Positions 1-14,575 of a DNA stretch of 64,000 bases are shown in pieces. The notes beneath the pieces were generated by a model. That model did not search any database and had not been told where the DNA came from. It was given only the letters and a program-made list of their open reading frames with translations. A program made the position numbers and the translations under genes. This DNA is from Epiperipatus broadwayi (taxonomy: Eukaryota > Animalia > Onychophora): positions 806,001 through 870,000 of the forward strand of contig JAQFVV010000007.1 of NCBI GenBank assembly GCA_028023455.1. The letters are read 5' to 3'. Position 1 is the first letter of the stretch; every line of letters starts with the position of its first letter.

Positions 1-40
1 AGTATCTAATTTGTGTCATTTTTTTGTTTATGTAGTAATA

Positions 41-247
41 GTTTCATTTAAATCTCAGCACATAAATCTTTAGATAAAAAAAATCAAAAGGTAACCATTT
101 CATTTAAAACTCAGTTCATAAATCTTTAGATAATAGTTGTGAGGGAATCAGTTTATTTAAAATTCAGTTTATAAATCTCTAAATAAAAGTTGTGATGGTA
201 TTGTTTCATTTAAAATTTGGTTCATAAATCTTTAAATAAAAGTTATG
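41..247. repeat. Degenerate minisatellite, ~58-60 bp unit, ~3.5 copies
   Basis: Recurring unit tttcatttaaaa(c/t)tcagttcataaatctttagataa(a/t)agttgtg at ~41, ~98, ~151, ~203. Confidence 0.75.
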
Positions 248-679
248 GCCATTAACTTACCGGTAAGTTAGAAATTTATGCAGGTGATTGATCATCTGAC
301 ATCCAATTACTTTGATGTGTAGTCTGCAGTAGTTTTTATTGTTTTATTGTTTCCAAATCTTTGATTGGTACTTAGGTAGAGCTAGACGATGACTTAGGTG
401 ACTTTTCCAAGAGAAAGTGTCGGCAAATGATCGAGTTCTACTCACTCATGAAGACGGGTTTCAGCTCATATCTAAGTGGCCACATTTGACTTTTTTTATA
501 AAAAAAATGAGGTATATAAAATTGCTCAACACACTCCACAAAAAAAAGACAAAGACCCTTTTCAAACCTGTCAGCTCCTTTTATACCTGCAGATCTTTTT
601 TTAGAAGTTCTGCACATATTTTCGTTACCTTTTGTTTTCTTATTTTATAATCTTGTATATTATTTCGTTTTTTTTACAG

Positions 680-745
680 GAAAGTTGCTTTTCCCCTTAT
701 GAATTTCTGCCATCTTTAATTATCCTCAGAAAGGTGTTTCTGATG
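680..745 (+). CDS. Possible small host exon (ESCFSPYEFLPSLIILRKVFLM)
   Basis: Strong acceptor (tttttttacag|), 66-nt open frame, donor |gtaatc. No recognisable homology. Confidence 0.2.
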
Positions 746-995
746 GTAATCTTTTACATTTGAAAGAACTTTTCACTATTTGAATCAATTATTCGGTATG
801 CACTATCCAATATCGAATTTATTTTAATTAAATTACCTAAAAAAATTTAAACTTTCATTGTACATTTTACTTTAAAAAAAATTATATTACAAAAAAAAAT
901 TAAGATCATGTTCTTCTTTTTTTACAACTGATGTACAATGCCAAATAGCAATTTGTACCATATATATGTAAATAAATTGTACAATATATGGATAT

Positions 996-1785
996 TGTAA
1001 CTACTAACATAGAAAGGTTAAACGTACATGTAGGAAAGCCCCAGCTGGTCAAATAGTTTCGTTATTGAACATATTCTCATGAAGAAGACATGCATTCGCA
1101 CATATGGCAAAACAGTACAAAGGTTGAGGTAGTTTTGGTGATATGGGAGCTGGCATACGATCTCTTCCATAGAGCATCCAAAACCTTAGCCTCATGTTCC
1201 ACAAGAAATATAATCCCTGATTATGGGGGGAAAAACTTCAGATTTTTGAAGATTCCCAAATGATCAAGCATTTGAAATACTGAAGAATTGTTAAGCTATG
1301 CCAGTAGTACAATATACATATGAGAATAAAAATAGTGGTTAATATAATAACTTTAACGATTTAATTCTCCATGCATAATGGTATGTATAATAATGAATCG
1401 GGTTATAAATATCAAATGAGACATTTAATTAATTATTTATTTGATTAGTCAGTTATGCTTGCCCATATATGCTTTAAACAAAATTAAAACTTCTAATTGT
1501 TTGGCCATTGGGTGATGACAGTAATTAACACTTCATTCTTTATTGCGATCTTTCATGAACAAAAATAAAAAAAATAAAAAAAATTAAACAAGAGAGTTTT
1601 AAAATGATCAACCCCACAAGTCTATTTTAAAATAATATATATTCAATCATACAGGAAGTGAATGATAAATAATTATCATTACAATTTACATTGCTTTTAT
1701 TTCTTTTTTTTAAAAAAAAACAAAAAAACAATTATATCTCAAAATCGTGAGGTTGACCTGAACTGGCATATTACTAAAGAAAACT

Positions 1786-1816
<31 letters not shown>

Positions 1817-2942
1817 AAGATTCAAAGTTTTCTCTATGCATTCTTATATATATATATATATATATATATATAAGAATGCACAGATGTATAAAGCCAGAAT
1901 AAAGTGAAATCAGAGTTAGTATTGTAAGAAAATATATTACGTATATAGAGAGGTCTTACAAATAAAGATTAAATATACATATAACAAAAACAGTTAGTAT
2001 TTAGAGGTAAGTACTGACAACTTTACATAGCTAGTGGATTGTTACTTTGGTATACTTGGAGTGAATGGTTAAATGGTTCATTCTCTCAACTTTAGTTGCA
2101 GGGATCAGCCTGGTGGTCAACAGTCTTGGTCACTATGGATCTTCCATTGGTGGCAGCATTCTTCGATGGAAAAAGTTTCATAGCATCATACTAGAGGCAG
2201 CCTTGAGAAGCACAGGGAATGACAATTCAGGCCCTACTCAACTGTCATTTTAAAACTAAGCACAAAAAAGTAAAAACAAAGTGTAAGACTCAGACTTAGA
2301 CTGTCTGACTCAGACTATAAACTGACTTATCTCTAATCTATTCTATTTTTATCACCCAAGCTATTACAGAAATGTTTTGGCTTATTTGCCCAGAGGCAAA
2401 TGAGACAATTATTAAATTCCTGAGCAAATTAGTTCATTTCAATTAAAAGTAAGATATAAGCAGATAAGGTTCAAATCTGTTATTAGCAAAACTTTTAATT
2501 AAATTCCTTAAATTATAAAAGTAAAACTATGATGAGACAATATTTTGATTAATTAAAAACCAAGCATTAAAATATTTAATTAGTGAAGAAAACTGCACAA
2601 TGGGTTGATTTGAACCTGCCATCTTGGTTATATCTCCTTTTATATTTTTACAAATGTGAAATTAAATGCAAATAATTTTTACCAATGACAAACTTTATGT
2701 GATAAAAAAAATCTCTTTTAAATAAAAAAACAAGCTTAAAATATTCAAAAGTATGAAAATATCAAAATAACAGAATCAAAAATTATAAAATATTCATTAT
2801 AATAATTTGTAATATATATAATTGCATATATATGATGGCACTGTTAGTATTTAAATATTGCTGGGTTTGAACCCTTGTACATATTAGTTTATTTTAAGTA
2901 GGAAAACATGAAGCTCACTCTAACTACAGAATAATTGCTTCA
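996..2942 (-). repeat. 3' LTR of gypsy element 1
   Basis: TGTAAC...TTGCTTCA on +; collinear with 9111-11000 with many substitutions and indels. Confidence 0.85.
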
Positions 2943-3133
2943 GACTTCCTCACTTGAAATGATGAAAAAAAAAGTTTATACTTCAGTTCTCTTGGTGGCT
3001 GGAAGAGCAACCAATAACAATGTAATGCTATTCTAAATAAAACTCTATACCTTATTTACTTTCACCTAATCTACCCTTTCATTTGTTGGACTTTATAATT
3101 ATATTCATTTATAATTTTTTTTAAAAAATTTAA

Positions 3134-6100
3134 TCAGGTGTCTGTAACAATTTGACCGACCGGTTTTAATTTTTCTGGGTCTGGAGATACATAAGGTTTA
3201 AGATGACTTGCATTGAAAGTTTCTTTTACCCCATCATCCATTTCTAACAGGAATGCATTGTCCCTATACTTTTGTTGAATCCAGTATGGTCCATGATACA
3301 ATGGGGAAAAGTTCTTGAATTCTGTTTTCGTCATGTTGCTAGGTTTTGGTGCTCTCAGCCAAACACTATACTCCACCTGAAATTGGTGTTGTTGGATATG
3401 TCCCCTTTTGATATGATACTGAGCTATCTGGGTCAATCATGTCTGTGCATCTCTCTGATCTTGGCTGGGGTCAATAGGTGGGTGGCCCTTTGGGTGAAGT
3501 GTCCTGAAAATTTTTGGAGTTGATTCTTCAAAATGGAGTCTTCTTGGAATAAAACCAGTGGACACATTAATGGCATGGTTAATGTAAGATATGATTTCAT
3601 CAGTTTTATGCACTTAACCATGATGATCCATAGGAGTATATGAAAGAGTCGATTGACCTCTCTCATAATTCTTTCATATGAGTTAGACTTGGGGGTTTCT
3701 GATGGACATTAAACGGTGTTTAAATTTTGTTTAGACATCCAAACTCTCCATTCCTTAGATGTAAATGCAGACCATCGTCAGTGAGACTTGGGTCAGGTTT
3801 TGCAACTTCCAAAAATTGCCTGCTTTGGAGGATATGGATGGTGTTTTTAGAATTGGCAGCCCTGACTGGGTATACCTGCACATACTTGGAGAACACATCA
3901 TATGTGACTAGAAAATAATGGAACCTCCAGAATGCAGGAAGGAGGCCATAATGGTCAATTGCAAGTAATTCATTTGGTTTGGATGCTGTGATGGGTTGAA
4001 GGGTACCTGTGTACGATATATTCGGAAATTTATTTTGTGCACATTTAGTGCATTTTCTTAATGTGAAGAGGATAAGACTATACATGCCTGGCCTATAAAA
4101 CTGCCTTTAGGGCCTCTTCAGTTTTCTTGCTCCAAAATGCCCCAATGCTTGGTGCACATGATTTATAAGCTGGATTCTTAGTTTATGGGAGTCATGATTT
4201 TCCATGGGTCATCTTTTTCCAGGATGTATGTTTGCAGAACACCATCCCTTAATCGATATTGCATGTGTTTCCTCTCAAAGGGTGTTTATAGTGTTAGAGC
4301 TACCATTATGTAATTTGTGAATAATTTGACAATACTGAGGTTCTGTCTGCTGCCAATATTGGGGGTTTTTCAGTTCAGATTCTATTGATGTGCCCTTGGA
4401 GATTATCGTGATTATGACTGTGTTCTCTAACAATTGGGGTTTTTGTGCTTGGATTGGTACAGGGTGATGGCTCAGGATATTGGCCACTACATTCTCTGGG
4501 CCAGGGCAAGACATTATACTGTACCTAAATTTTTGCAATGTTAAGCTCCACCTGATGACATGGTCATTTGTGAGGAACTCTTATTTAAGAACTCCAAGCA
4601 TTTGTGGTCAGTGATAATGACTACCTCAGAGCCCAGTAAGAATTTTCAGAATGTTTGGCAGGCCCAAACAATGGCAAGAATGTCTTGTTCAGTGGGAGTA
4701 TAATTCACCTCTGCTCCTTTCAAAATCTGACTGCTAAAATAGAGTACATAATGTTCTCCATGCACACTGGTCTGGAATAACACTGCACCCAGGCCTCTTC
4801 TGCTACTGTCTGTCTGTACATAGAATGGCCTTCTGAAGTTGGGGTGGTGTAGCATAATGGCATGCAACAAATTTTGCTTTATGGTACTGAGGTCTTGATC
4901 ATGAATCATTGTCCACTTCCATCTTTGATCCTTTTTTAGCAAGTTAACAAGGTTTGTAGTTTCACAGGCAAACTGTGGATAAAACTTGTGATAAAAATTA
5001 CATATTCCTAAAAAGGATCTGAGCTGTTATGGTTCTGAGGAGTTGAAAAATTCTCAATAGCATCCACCTTTTCAGGGTGGACTTTTACCCCATGCTTGTT
5101 TATTACATGACCTAAAAACATTATCTCTTGAATTGTGAATTTATTCTTTTCCAAGTTGATTGTGATATTTTCCCTCTGGAATTCTCTGAAGAACTGTTTC
5201 AAGTATTTCAAATGTTCCTCGATGTCCTTTGAGGCAATGACAATATCATCAATGTAGCATACCATGTGTTTCTGCATGTCATTGGATATTACTTGTTTCA
5301 GATATCACATCAACTCCACCCTGCTACTGATGAGTCCAAACAAGACCCTTTTGAATACATGGGTGTGACCATTGTATCTGGAAGCAGTATACTTCCAGTT
5401 CTGCGGGTCCAAAACCATATGCTAGTAGCTGGTGGTAAGGTCCAAGGTGGAAAACACAGTTTTTTTCCAGCTAGCTGAATTAATATTTTCTGTATGGGTG
5501 GGGGAGTGTCTCTCTCAGGAATTGATATACTATTAATATGGTGGGCATCAAGATGTAACTGAAGGTTCCAATTCTTTTTCTTGACCACAACAAGAGAGTT
5601 AATGTATGGGGATGACCTACACTCAATGATGTCCCAATCTATCATTTGTTTAATTTGCATTTTTACTTCTTCCTTATACTGGAAGGGAATTGGCTACATC
5701 TTGTTTTGAGCATAGGACTCCTCTTTGACCTATATCCAGTGAGTATATCCTCTGATCTTACTGGGAATGTTCAAAAATACATCAGAGTACTCCTCCAAGA
5801 TTTTCTTTATACGGAGTCTGTGACCAGATTCTTGAAGATCTGCCTCTTGTACCTTGATTGTGATTAAGGCTGGATCATCTGGCTGAATGAGGTAACTTTT
5901 TCTTCCCCCCACATGTTGATTATTGATTTCAAAATGGATACTTTCATTGTGTATCTAGCAGGTCCTTTTTGGAATAATCAATGATGCAGTAGTGTTGTTG
6001 CAGAAAGTCATATCCTAGTACTATATCATAGACTAGTCCTGACATTATCAGGAATGTGTGGCCTATGTTTTTCCAAAACCAATTTCTAACCACATCTGGT

Positions 6101-6330
6101 AATTCTCACTTACACTTTTTTCCACGTGCTAAGGTTAATGTAATAGGGCAAGTCAGGAGTTGCATGATGATGGTGTTGTCTTCCTTGAGAGTAATTACCC
6201 ATATCCTTGATATTATTGATACCTGACTTCTGAAATCTAATAAAGCCTTCACACTTTGGGATCCAACCCATACTCCTATTGTAGGTGATACATTCATCAT
6301 TTCTCGACTCTTCATGGTCATTCTTCTCAT
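3134..6330 (-). pseudogene. pol: Gypsy pol remnant (protease, RT, RNase H, integrase), many frameshifts and stops
   Basis: ORF track fragments: ALLDFRSQVSII (protease), SSPYINSLVVVKKK and YIDDIVIAS (RT), FYVQTDSSRRGLGAVL and YTPTEQDILAIVWA (RNase H), NELLAIDHYG...DVFSKYV (integrase core), YHGPYWI...FNASHLKPY (GPY/F C-terminus). Confidence 0.92.
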
Positions 6331-6555
6331 GAATAATCATATTCCTCAGGCTGATGCTGCCTGACATTAATTTTTCTCCTCTTTGTTTGTCATATTGATG
6401 ACCAAGCTCTGGATCTTTGTCTTCTCTTGCCTTTTGATTTCCTATAGTGTCAGTTTCTTTGACCTGTGCTGTGGTCCTTGGATTCAATATCCCATTGTCA
6501 AGGAATGTTAAAATTTTGATCATTTCTGTTATATTAGAAATTTGACTGCAGAGCA

Positions 6556-7025
6556 TCATTTTCTGCAACCAAGCAGGCATGTTTCATCTGATGATACAAA
6601 TGATTTGAGAATTGGAATAAGGAAATGCAGTGAGGATTTTAAACTTGGCCACCTGATGCAAAAAAACTGTGTGAGAATTTCTGGATGGTGAGCCTGGTAA
6701 TTCTCAGTCATCAATGTATGTAGGATACTCTCCTGACAGACTTCTCCCCAAAAATTATGCAATAGAATGGCCTTATATTCTTCACATGTGGTGGGCTGCT
6801 TTTGCAGTGAATGCCACCAATCCCTGGCCATGGCTTTTAAATAGTGGCTGGCAATAGCCACACACTCAGCTTCATTGGCTTGGCTAAAACAAAACAATAC
6901 TTGAAGATTCTCAAGATGTTCCTGTGGATCTGGATGAGGCTCACCACTGAAAATCTGCATATGTGCAAACCATGCCACTTGTGATGATCTCTAGTAATAA
7001 ATGTTGTTGAATTCTTAGTCACCAA
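6556..7025 (-). pseudogene. gag: Gypsy gag capsid remnant
   Basis: FSGEPHPDPQEHLENLQ...HYLKAMARDWW resembles the Ty3/Arc-type capsid motif. Confidence 0.8.
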
Positions 7026-7100
7026 GTTACTTTGGTCTTCTATGGCCTCTCAGGATTTAGATGATTTTCATTTTTCATGTTCTCATTCTGTTGATCCATT

Positions 7101-7496
<396 letters not shown>

Positions 7497-7995
7497 TCAA
7501 AATGTTGGTTAAAATAAAATGTGGATCACATTTTTTTTCTGATTTGGATTTAATAACCTTGCTTTTGATTATGAAACATTCTCTATAATAATGAAAATGA
7601 ACATCTCTCCCCCTCTCTTCAACTGCCTGCATCCCTACACAACCACAAACTCCATTTCTTTATTTAAACTATCCCCTTTATGCTGCACCTATCTATTACT
7701 CACTGCTGACCACAGCTTAATTTTATTCCACTACACTCAGTTTGCTCCTTAAATTCCCTGTTGGTTGCTCTGCCACACCTGAAACAGACTAGAACAAAAT
7801 ATGATTATTACTTGACAAACACATGTATGATACCCAGAAATACAGTCCATGAATATACTAAAATTGACTCTTTCTATATCCAAATTATCCAGGTTTGAAT
7901 ACAATTTCATTGAATGACATGACTTTTAACACTTCCTGTTGGCACATTCATAAGGGGCCAGCCAACAGTACAATAAACACATATATAATATTTAA

Positions 7996-8175
7996 TAATA
8001 TTTGCAAAATGATATTCTATAAATACCTCCAATATTCTTAACTTTAAATTTGTCATACATATACAGTACACTACATTTATGTATACATAATATTTGCAAA
8101 ATGGTATTCTATAAATACCTCCAATATTCTTAACTTTAAATTTGTCATACATGTACAGTACATTTATGTATACAT
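7996..8175. repeat. Tandem duplication of ~92 bp
   Basis: taatatttgcaaaatg(a/g)tattctataaatacctcc... at 7996 and 8088. Confidence 0.9.
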
Positions 8176-9110
8176 ATGTTAATATATATACGTGAACACA
8201 TAATATCAATAAATCTATATCTGAGAGAAAAAATATTTTCTTCCCTTTTTTTTTAGAAACACAAAATTGATTTATATATATATAACTCATACATATAATG
8301 ATTTATACATAATTTATACATATATATATATTAAATCTATACAAGTATAAATTTTCTCAGGGCCATTGTATTGATCAGAGCCCCACAAATGGCCATACAT
8401 AATCTGGAAAAGAAATCCACTGTATCGGACGTTACACAGTTTTACAGAGACATGAAACTCAAACTAGGGTTGTTGAGGAAGAATCCCTGAATAAGATATG
8501 TGAATTATAACAATACATAATTATATAAAATCTTTTTATATTTAAAAACTAACCAAAGTAAAGATTCGAACTCTGGATTGGATTTTTAATGTGTTTTAAT
8601 ATCAAACTAGCATGAATACAACATATATTTATATATAGTGATTTATCTATATATAGCAATTTCACTTTAGATAGGTTTACACTTATTACATTAACACTGA
8701 ATAATTCTTAATTGTTGTTAACAGGAGTTATACAATATGTTGTTTTAGGTCATGTGTGTGAATTCACCTTGCCAAAATAAACTCTCTTTTCACAAGAAAT
8801 GAAAGATCGATCAATGATTTAAATTAGTAGGAGCCAGACAGTCAACGTTATAAACCACATTTATTTATAGCAAATATAAAAAACATTTATTTTATTTTTA
8901 TATTTTACATATATTTTCTTTTGACTATTATTAGAGAACAAAAAATATATGCATATACAGGAATGGTTTATTAATTTTAAAAAGGTAGGCAGCTTTAAAG
9001 TAAGCACACTACAGGAATCTATACAATACTTCTTCTAACATGATTCACACATCCCATACTCTTATTTCTTAACAGGATAGAACAAGCAAAACAATTTAAT
9101 GAATGGATAT

Positions 9111-11000
9111 TGTAACTATTAGCATATAAAGGTTAAACATATATGTAGGAAAGCCCCAGCTGGTCAAATAGTTTCATCATTGAACGTATTCTCATGAGGA
9201 AGACATACGTTCACACATACGATGAAATGGTACAAAGGTTGAGGTAAGTTTAGTGATATGGGAGCTGGCATACAATCTCTTCCATAGAGCATCCAAAACC
9301 TTAGCCTCACATTCCACAAGGAGTATAATCCCTGATTATGAACGATTTCAAAAGAGAGGAAAAACTTCGGATTCTTGAAGATTCCCGAATGACCAAGCAT
9401 TTGAAATACTGAAGAAATGTTAAGCTATGCCAGTAGTACAATATACATATGAGAATAAAAATAGTGTTTAATAAAATAACTTTAATGATTTAATTCCCCA
9501 TGCATAATGGTATGTATAATAGTGAATCAGGTTATAAATATCAAATGAGACATTTAATTAATTATTTATTTGATTAGTCAGTTATGCTTTCCCATTTACC
9601 CTTCAAACAAAAGTGAAATTTCTAATTTTTTGACCATTTGGCAATGACAGTAATTAACACTTCATTCTGGGATTTTTCATGAACAAAAATAAAAAAATAA
9701 TAATAATAATTTAAGAAGAGAGTTTTAGAATGATCAATCCCATGAGTCTATTTTAAAATAATATATATTCAATCATACAGGGAGTGAATGATAAATAAAT
9801 CCTTATCATTACAATTTACTTTGCTTTTGTTTCTTTTTTTTTAAAAAAAAAAAACAATTATATCTCAAAATCATGAAGTTGAGCTGAACTGGCATATTAC
9901 TAAAGAAAACATTGAAAAAAGATATGAAACAGAATACACAGACTTATAAAGCCAGAATAAAGTGAAATCGGAGTTAATATTATAAGAAAATATATTACAT
10001 ATATACAGAGGTCTTACAAGTAATAATTAAATATAAATATAACAAAAACAGTTAGTATTTAGAGGCAAGCACCGACAACTTTACATAGCTGGTGGACTGT
10101 TACCTCAGTATATTTGGGGTAAATGGTTAAATGGTTCATTCTCTGAATTTCAGTTGTGGGGATCAGCCTGGTGGTCAACAGTCTTGGTTACTATGGATCT
10201 TCCATTGGTGGCAGCATTCTTCCATGGCAGGAGTTTTGTGACATTATACTAGAGGCAGCCTTAAGAGGCACAGGGAAAGACGTTTCAGGCCCTACTCAAC
10301 TGTCATTTTAAAACTACACAAAAAAGTAAAAGCAAAGTGTAAGACTCAGACTTAGACTGTCTGACTCAGACTAAAAACTGACTTATCTCTAATCTATTCT
10401 ATTTTTATCACCCAAGCTATTACAGGAATGTTTTGGCTCATTTGCCCAGAGGCAAATGAGACAATTATTAAATTCCTGAACAAATTAGTTCATTTTAATT
10501 AAAAGTAAGATATAACCAGATAAGGTTCAAATATCTCATTGCAAAACTTTTAATTAAAGTCCTTAAATTATAAAAGTAAAACTATGATGAGATGATATTT
10601 TGATTAATTATAAACAAGCATTAAAATATTTAATTAGTGGAAAAAACTTCACAATGGGCTAATTTTAACCTGCCATCTTGGTTATATCTCCTTTCTTTTA
10701 TATTTTTACAAATGTGAAATTAAATGCAAATAATTTTTACCAATGACAAACTTTGTGTGATAAAAAAAAACTTTTTTAAATAAAAAAACAAGCTTAAAAT
10801 ATTCAAAAGTATGAAAATATCCAAATAACAGCATCAAAAATTATAAAATATTCATTATAATAGTTTGTAATATATATAATTGCATATATATGATGGCATT
10901 GTTAGTATTTAAATATTGTTGGGTTTGAACCCTTGTACATATTAGTATATTTTAGGTAGGAAAACATGAAGCTCCCTCTGACTACAGAGTGATTGCTTCA
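9111..11000 (-). repeat. 5' LTR of gypsy element 1
   Basis: Paralog of 996-2942 with the same termini. Confidence 0.85.
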
Positions 11001-11008
11001 ATATATTA

Positions 11009-11591
11009 TGTCCAATTCCATTACAATTCAATCCCTCCTCAGTCTACAGTAATACAATAAAACACAGTACCTTCACTGGGTAGTGAGCTTATCGACCCTC
11101 AAAAAGCCACTTAGGGTGGTTAAAAATTATATTAAGAACCGTGTGATCTGCTTTTACTCTAGGCAGCTGGATTCACCTACAGGCACTGAGAACCTGGGAT
11201 CACAGTCCAAAAATGAAACAGCACTCAGGAAAACACCCAGAAAAAAGATGTCGAGAGTATTTTGCCTGCCCTTTTATATTTTGATATTCGAAATCCCACT
11301 CTCATTATTTCTTTTCTGGAGTATTAATATATTTCTTCCCATGTGTGCAAAACAGATTCATTTGGCTATTAATTCTTGATAGTCTGGTCTGTTAAAACAA
11401 TGCATCCTTAATTATTTAATAGTTTGGCATTATTGATTATTTATAGTGTATAAGGTTTGATTTAATTACTCTTTATTCCACTTTACTTATTTTGAACCCT
11501 ATATATAATTCCCCCATTTATATATCTGCTAAATATTTATTACTTAATATGTGTGCCTTTACTGGCTCTATTTACATATATATATATAACA
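11009..11591 (-). repeat. Putative 3' LTR (~580 bp) of the Mag-like element
   Basis: TG...CA termini and adjacent PPT; no second copy in the window to confirm the left boundary. Confidence 0.55.
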
Positions 11592-13645
11592 CACCCCCTT
11601 ACTCCAGAAAAGATTTTTGCGCAATTGCACTATATATAGACTTTTAGCTGTATGGCTTTCAGATTGCCATTTTGGTCTGGCTATATTATTTTGCATTTTA
11701 TCTATCTTTGAACTCAATGCTGTATCACTTTCACTATTCATCGGTATTACCTCTCTCCATTTGTCACTGTCATTTCATTTCTGTGATTTGCTGCTCTATC
11801 CAACAATAACTCACTTGGAATGTCAGGTAACATTTGTACCTTTTCAACAACTCACTGATGGGCATGTTTTGTGTGTCTTCTATAGGTAATGCCATCCTGA
11901 AGCTGAACGATTATTATTTGATGAGAGAACAATTTCGTGATTATATCCCCTCTATCCATTTCTTTTGTAACATGTCCCAGACCTGATCTTTAGCCCCTTT
12001 ATGAACATATTAACATTTTTGTCACTGCTGTCATTTTCGATAGGATCTGGGAGCAATAAGGCTAATTTAATGCACAGTTCCTTGCCCATCACCAATTCTG
12101 CAGGTGATTTTTCAGTGCCCATTGATGGCATTGAGTGTTGACATAACATTACATTATCAATTGTTTGTTATAAATCTTGATTGTTTGCTCTCTTTAACAC
12201 CTTTTAATTATTTGGACTACCTTTTCTGACAGACCATATGACTCTGTGTGGTATGGTGGTATATGTACATCTCTGTTGCCATTTATCATGAAAATAGTTT
12301 TCTATCTTTCTAGCAATGAATGCAGTTCTGTTATCAGACATGATGGTTTCCGGTAAACCATGAAATGCAAACACAGCATTGAAAGTCTTAATTGTTTTAG
12401 TAGCCATTAAATCTTTTACGTTTCGACACTCTGTCCATTTTGAGAATGTATCTATAACCATGAGTAAGAGTTTTCCATTTACCAGTCCAGCATGATCTAT
12501 GTAGACTCTTTGCCATGCTCTCATTGTTGCTGGCAACAAATTGTACACGTTAACTCTCATATTCATTTCTGTTTGACAAGACAAACATTTTTTGATATTT
12601 TGTTCGATGTCAATGGTTATTTTTGGTCACCAGACATAGCTGCAAGCTTGTGCTTTTGCTCATACAATTCCAGGGTGGCCATCGTGAAGTAAGTGCAATA
12701 CTTGCTGTCAACCTTCCATTGGTATCACGACTTGATCGCCCATCAGTATGCATTTTTTACATACAGATAATTTATTATGGTTTGTCCAGAACCCTGGTTC
12801 AGAGGCCTTGAATCTGGCCATCCATTTCTGATCCATCCCATGAGTATCTGATAGCTTTTATCAGAGCTTGTCCAATTGTCTACACATTTTCTATTCAATT
12901 CTTAGTTTAGGATATCAATATAATTAATTTCTGGTTCCATCATTGATTATTCATGTTTGTTTGGCATTTTTGATGAAGCATTAGTATGCACAATCTCTTT
13001 GCCTTTTTGTATTCTAATATGTAATTATATGCTGACATTGTATTCTTCCAGCATATCATGTGTGGGTTTAAATGTTTGGGAGCTAAATGATCATGGCCTA
13101 AAATTCCCAGTAGTGGTTTGTGGTCTGTAATTATGTGAAAATTCCTTTTGACCACTGATATAATTTTTTAAGGCTGAACATTATAGCCAGTGCCTTCTTG
13201 TCAATTTGGCTATATTTTTTCTCTGATTTTGAGAAAGTTCTTGATGCATAAGCAATAGGGCATCCCCCCTTGTGACTTGGATGAGATAGCACCACCATCA
13301 CTCCCCACTCTGATGCATCGGTCATTAGGCGTACTTCTAAACTGTTATTATAATTTACTAATAGTTTATCAGATAACAGAAAGATTTTTTGTTTAACAGA
13401 ACCGCTTCTTCATGAATTCTAAACCAATGCCACTTCTGATCCGTTTCTAACAATTCATATAATGGCTTAGCTACATGGGCTTTACCTTCCAAAAAAGGCT
13501 TGAAAGAGTTTATGAGTCCTAAGAAAGCCTGTAACTGTTTAATATTAGTAGATGTCACTGCATTTTTCACTGCCATTACTTTCTCCAGGGCTGGTCTCAT
13601 CCCTTTGTCAATAATTAAATCTTTTTTTTTGTTTACGTTAAGCAA
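11009..13645 (-). mobile_element. 5'-truncated Mag-like Ty3/gypsy retrotransposon (RT C-terminus, RNase H, integrase, PPT, one LTR)
   Basis: QLQAFLGLIN, TDASEWG, YASRTFSKSEKKYSQIDKKALAI, TDHKPLLGI, WQRVYIDHAG...VIDTFSKW, SPAELVMG are Mag-type motifs. PPT aagggggtg (11592-11600, minus strand) abuts a TG...CA segment. Confidence 0.85.
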
Positions 13646-14529
13646 TGCTAATCACTGCATATGTCTGAGTTAATATATTATAATTAAAGCCATATTACCT
13701 GGAAATATACAATGCTTACCCTAAACCTTAACTGGGCTAGATTACACAACATGAATTAGGTGTGAGCATGGTAGGTAATGGGTATATCTTTAACAGTTAT
13801 ATATAAAACTAATTCTACAGCCATTCATGTCTAATAAATAACACTAGATGCACTATAAAATAATGCCTCTGTTTGATTATTTATGTTGTGTTTCAATCAG
13901 ATTGCTTATTTGCTTCATTTTTATTGAAGTCATATTAGAAATATTAGGTATTTACAAAATTTAATCTCAGTTGCATTCTTAAGCAAAGTTTATTGCATAT
14001 TTACGTACATTACTTATGCTTAAAAAGCTTAGTTTTGCAATATAACATACTATGTATAAGCATTCAAGTAGGTTCAACTTTTATTTCAATAAATTCATTA
14101 GCTATATATCATTCTCTATTTTAAACATGTTTTGACGTATTTTATATAAAGAAATATACCCTCAATATATTCATGTTTGATTTTAAGTCATTTTACAATA
14201 AACAATCTACAAACAATATATTAACACAATAATTTAATACCAGTCATTTTATTTGGTTAATGATATTTTGTAATTACATGTGAAACATTATTTATATACC
14301 TATTACAGATGTTTGCATTTAGTGTTTATTGTCTTGTGAATTTTAAGCCCAAATATGATGATTTTTGTACTAAATGATTGGATTTATTAATATAAAGTAT
14401 TATATTTGTTTAAACTTCATTTAAATTGCAACATATTTAAACCATCTTTATATTCTATTTTGGAAATTAAAGATTTTAGATTTGTAAAAAGTTTGTTTCT
14501 AGTTGTCAGAATGGGATAACTAGTCCTAA

Positions 14530-14575
14530 TATCTAGCTGATGAAGCTGATCAAGTAGAAATTTGAATCCCATATA
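14530..14575 (+). ncRNA. Degenerate minimal hammerhead ribozyme motif
   Basis: CTGATGA a gctgatcaagta GAAA tttgaa TC; stems I and II are only partly paired. Confidence 0.3.

Noticed and set aside
41-247. Short tandem arrays (also 23496-23670) as CRISPR-like repeats
   Set aside because: No unique spacers, the units decay progressively, and the context is eukaryotic.
5322-5352. ctgatgagtcc hammerhead-like start
   Set aside because: No downstream GAAA or stem III; it is the antisense of RT coding sequence.
8378-8400. gagccccac...gcca as the PBS of element 1
   Set aside because: Only a partial tRNA-Lys match and ~700 bp from the LTR.
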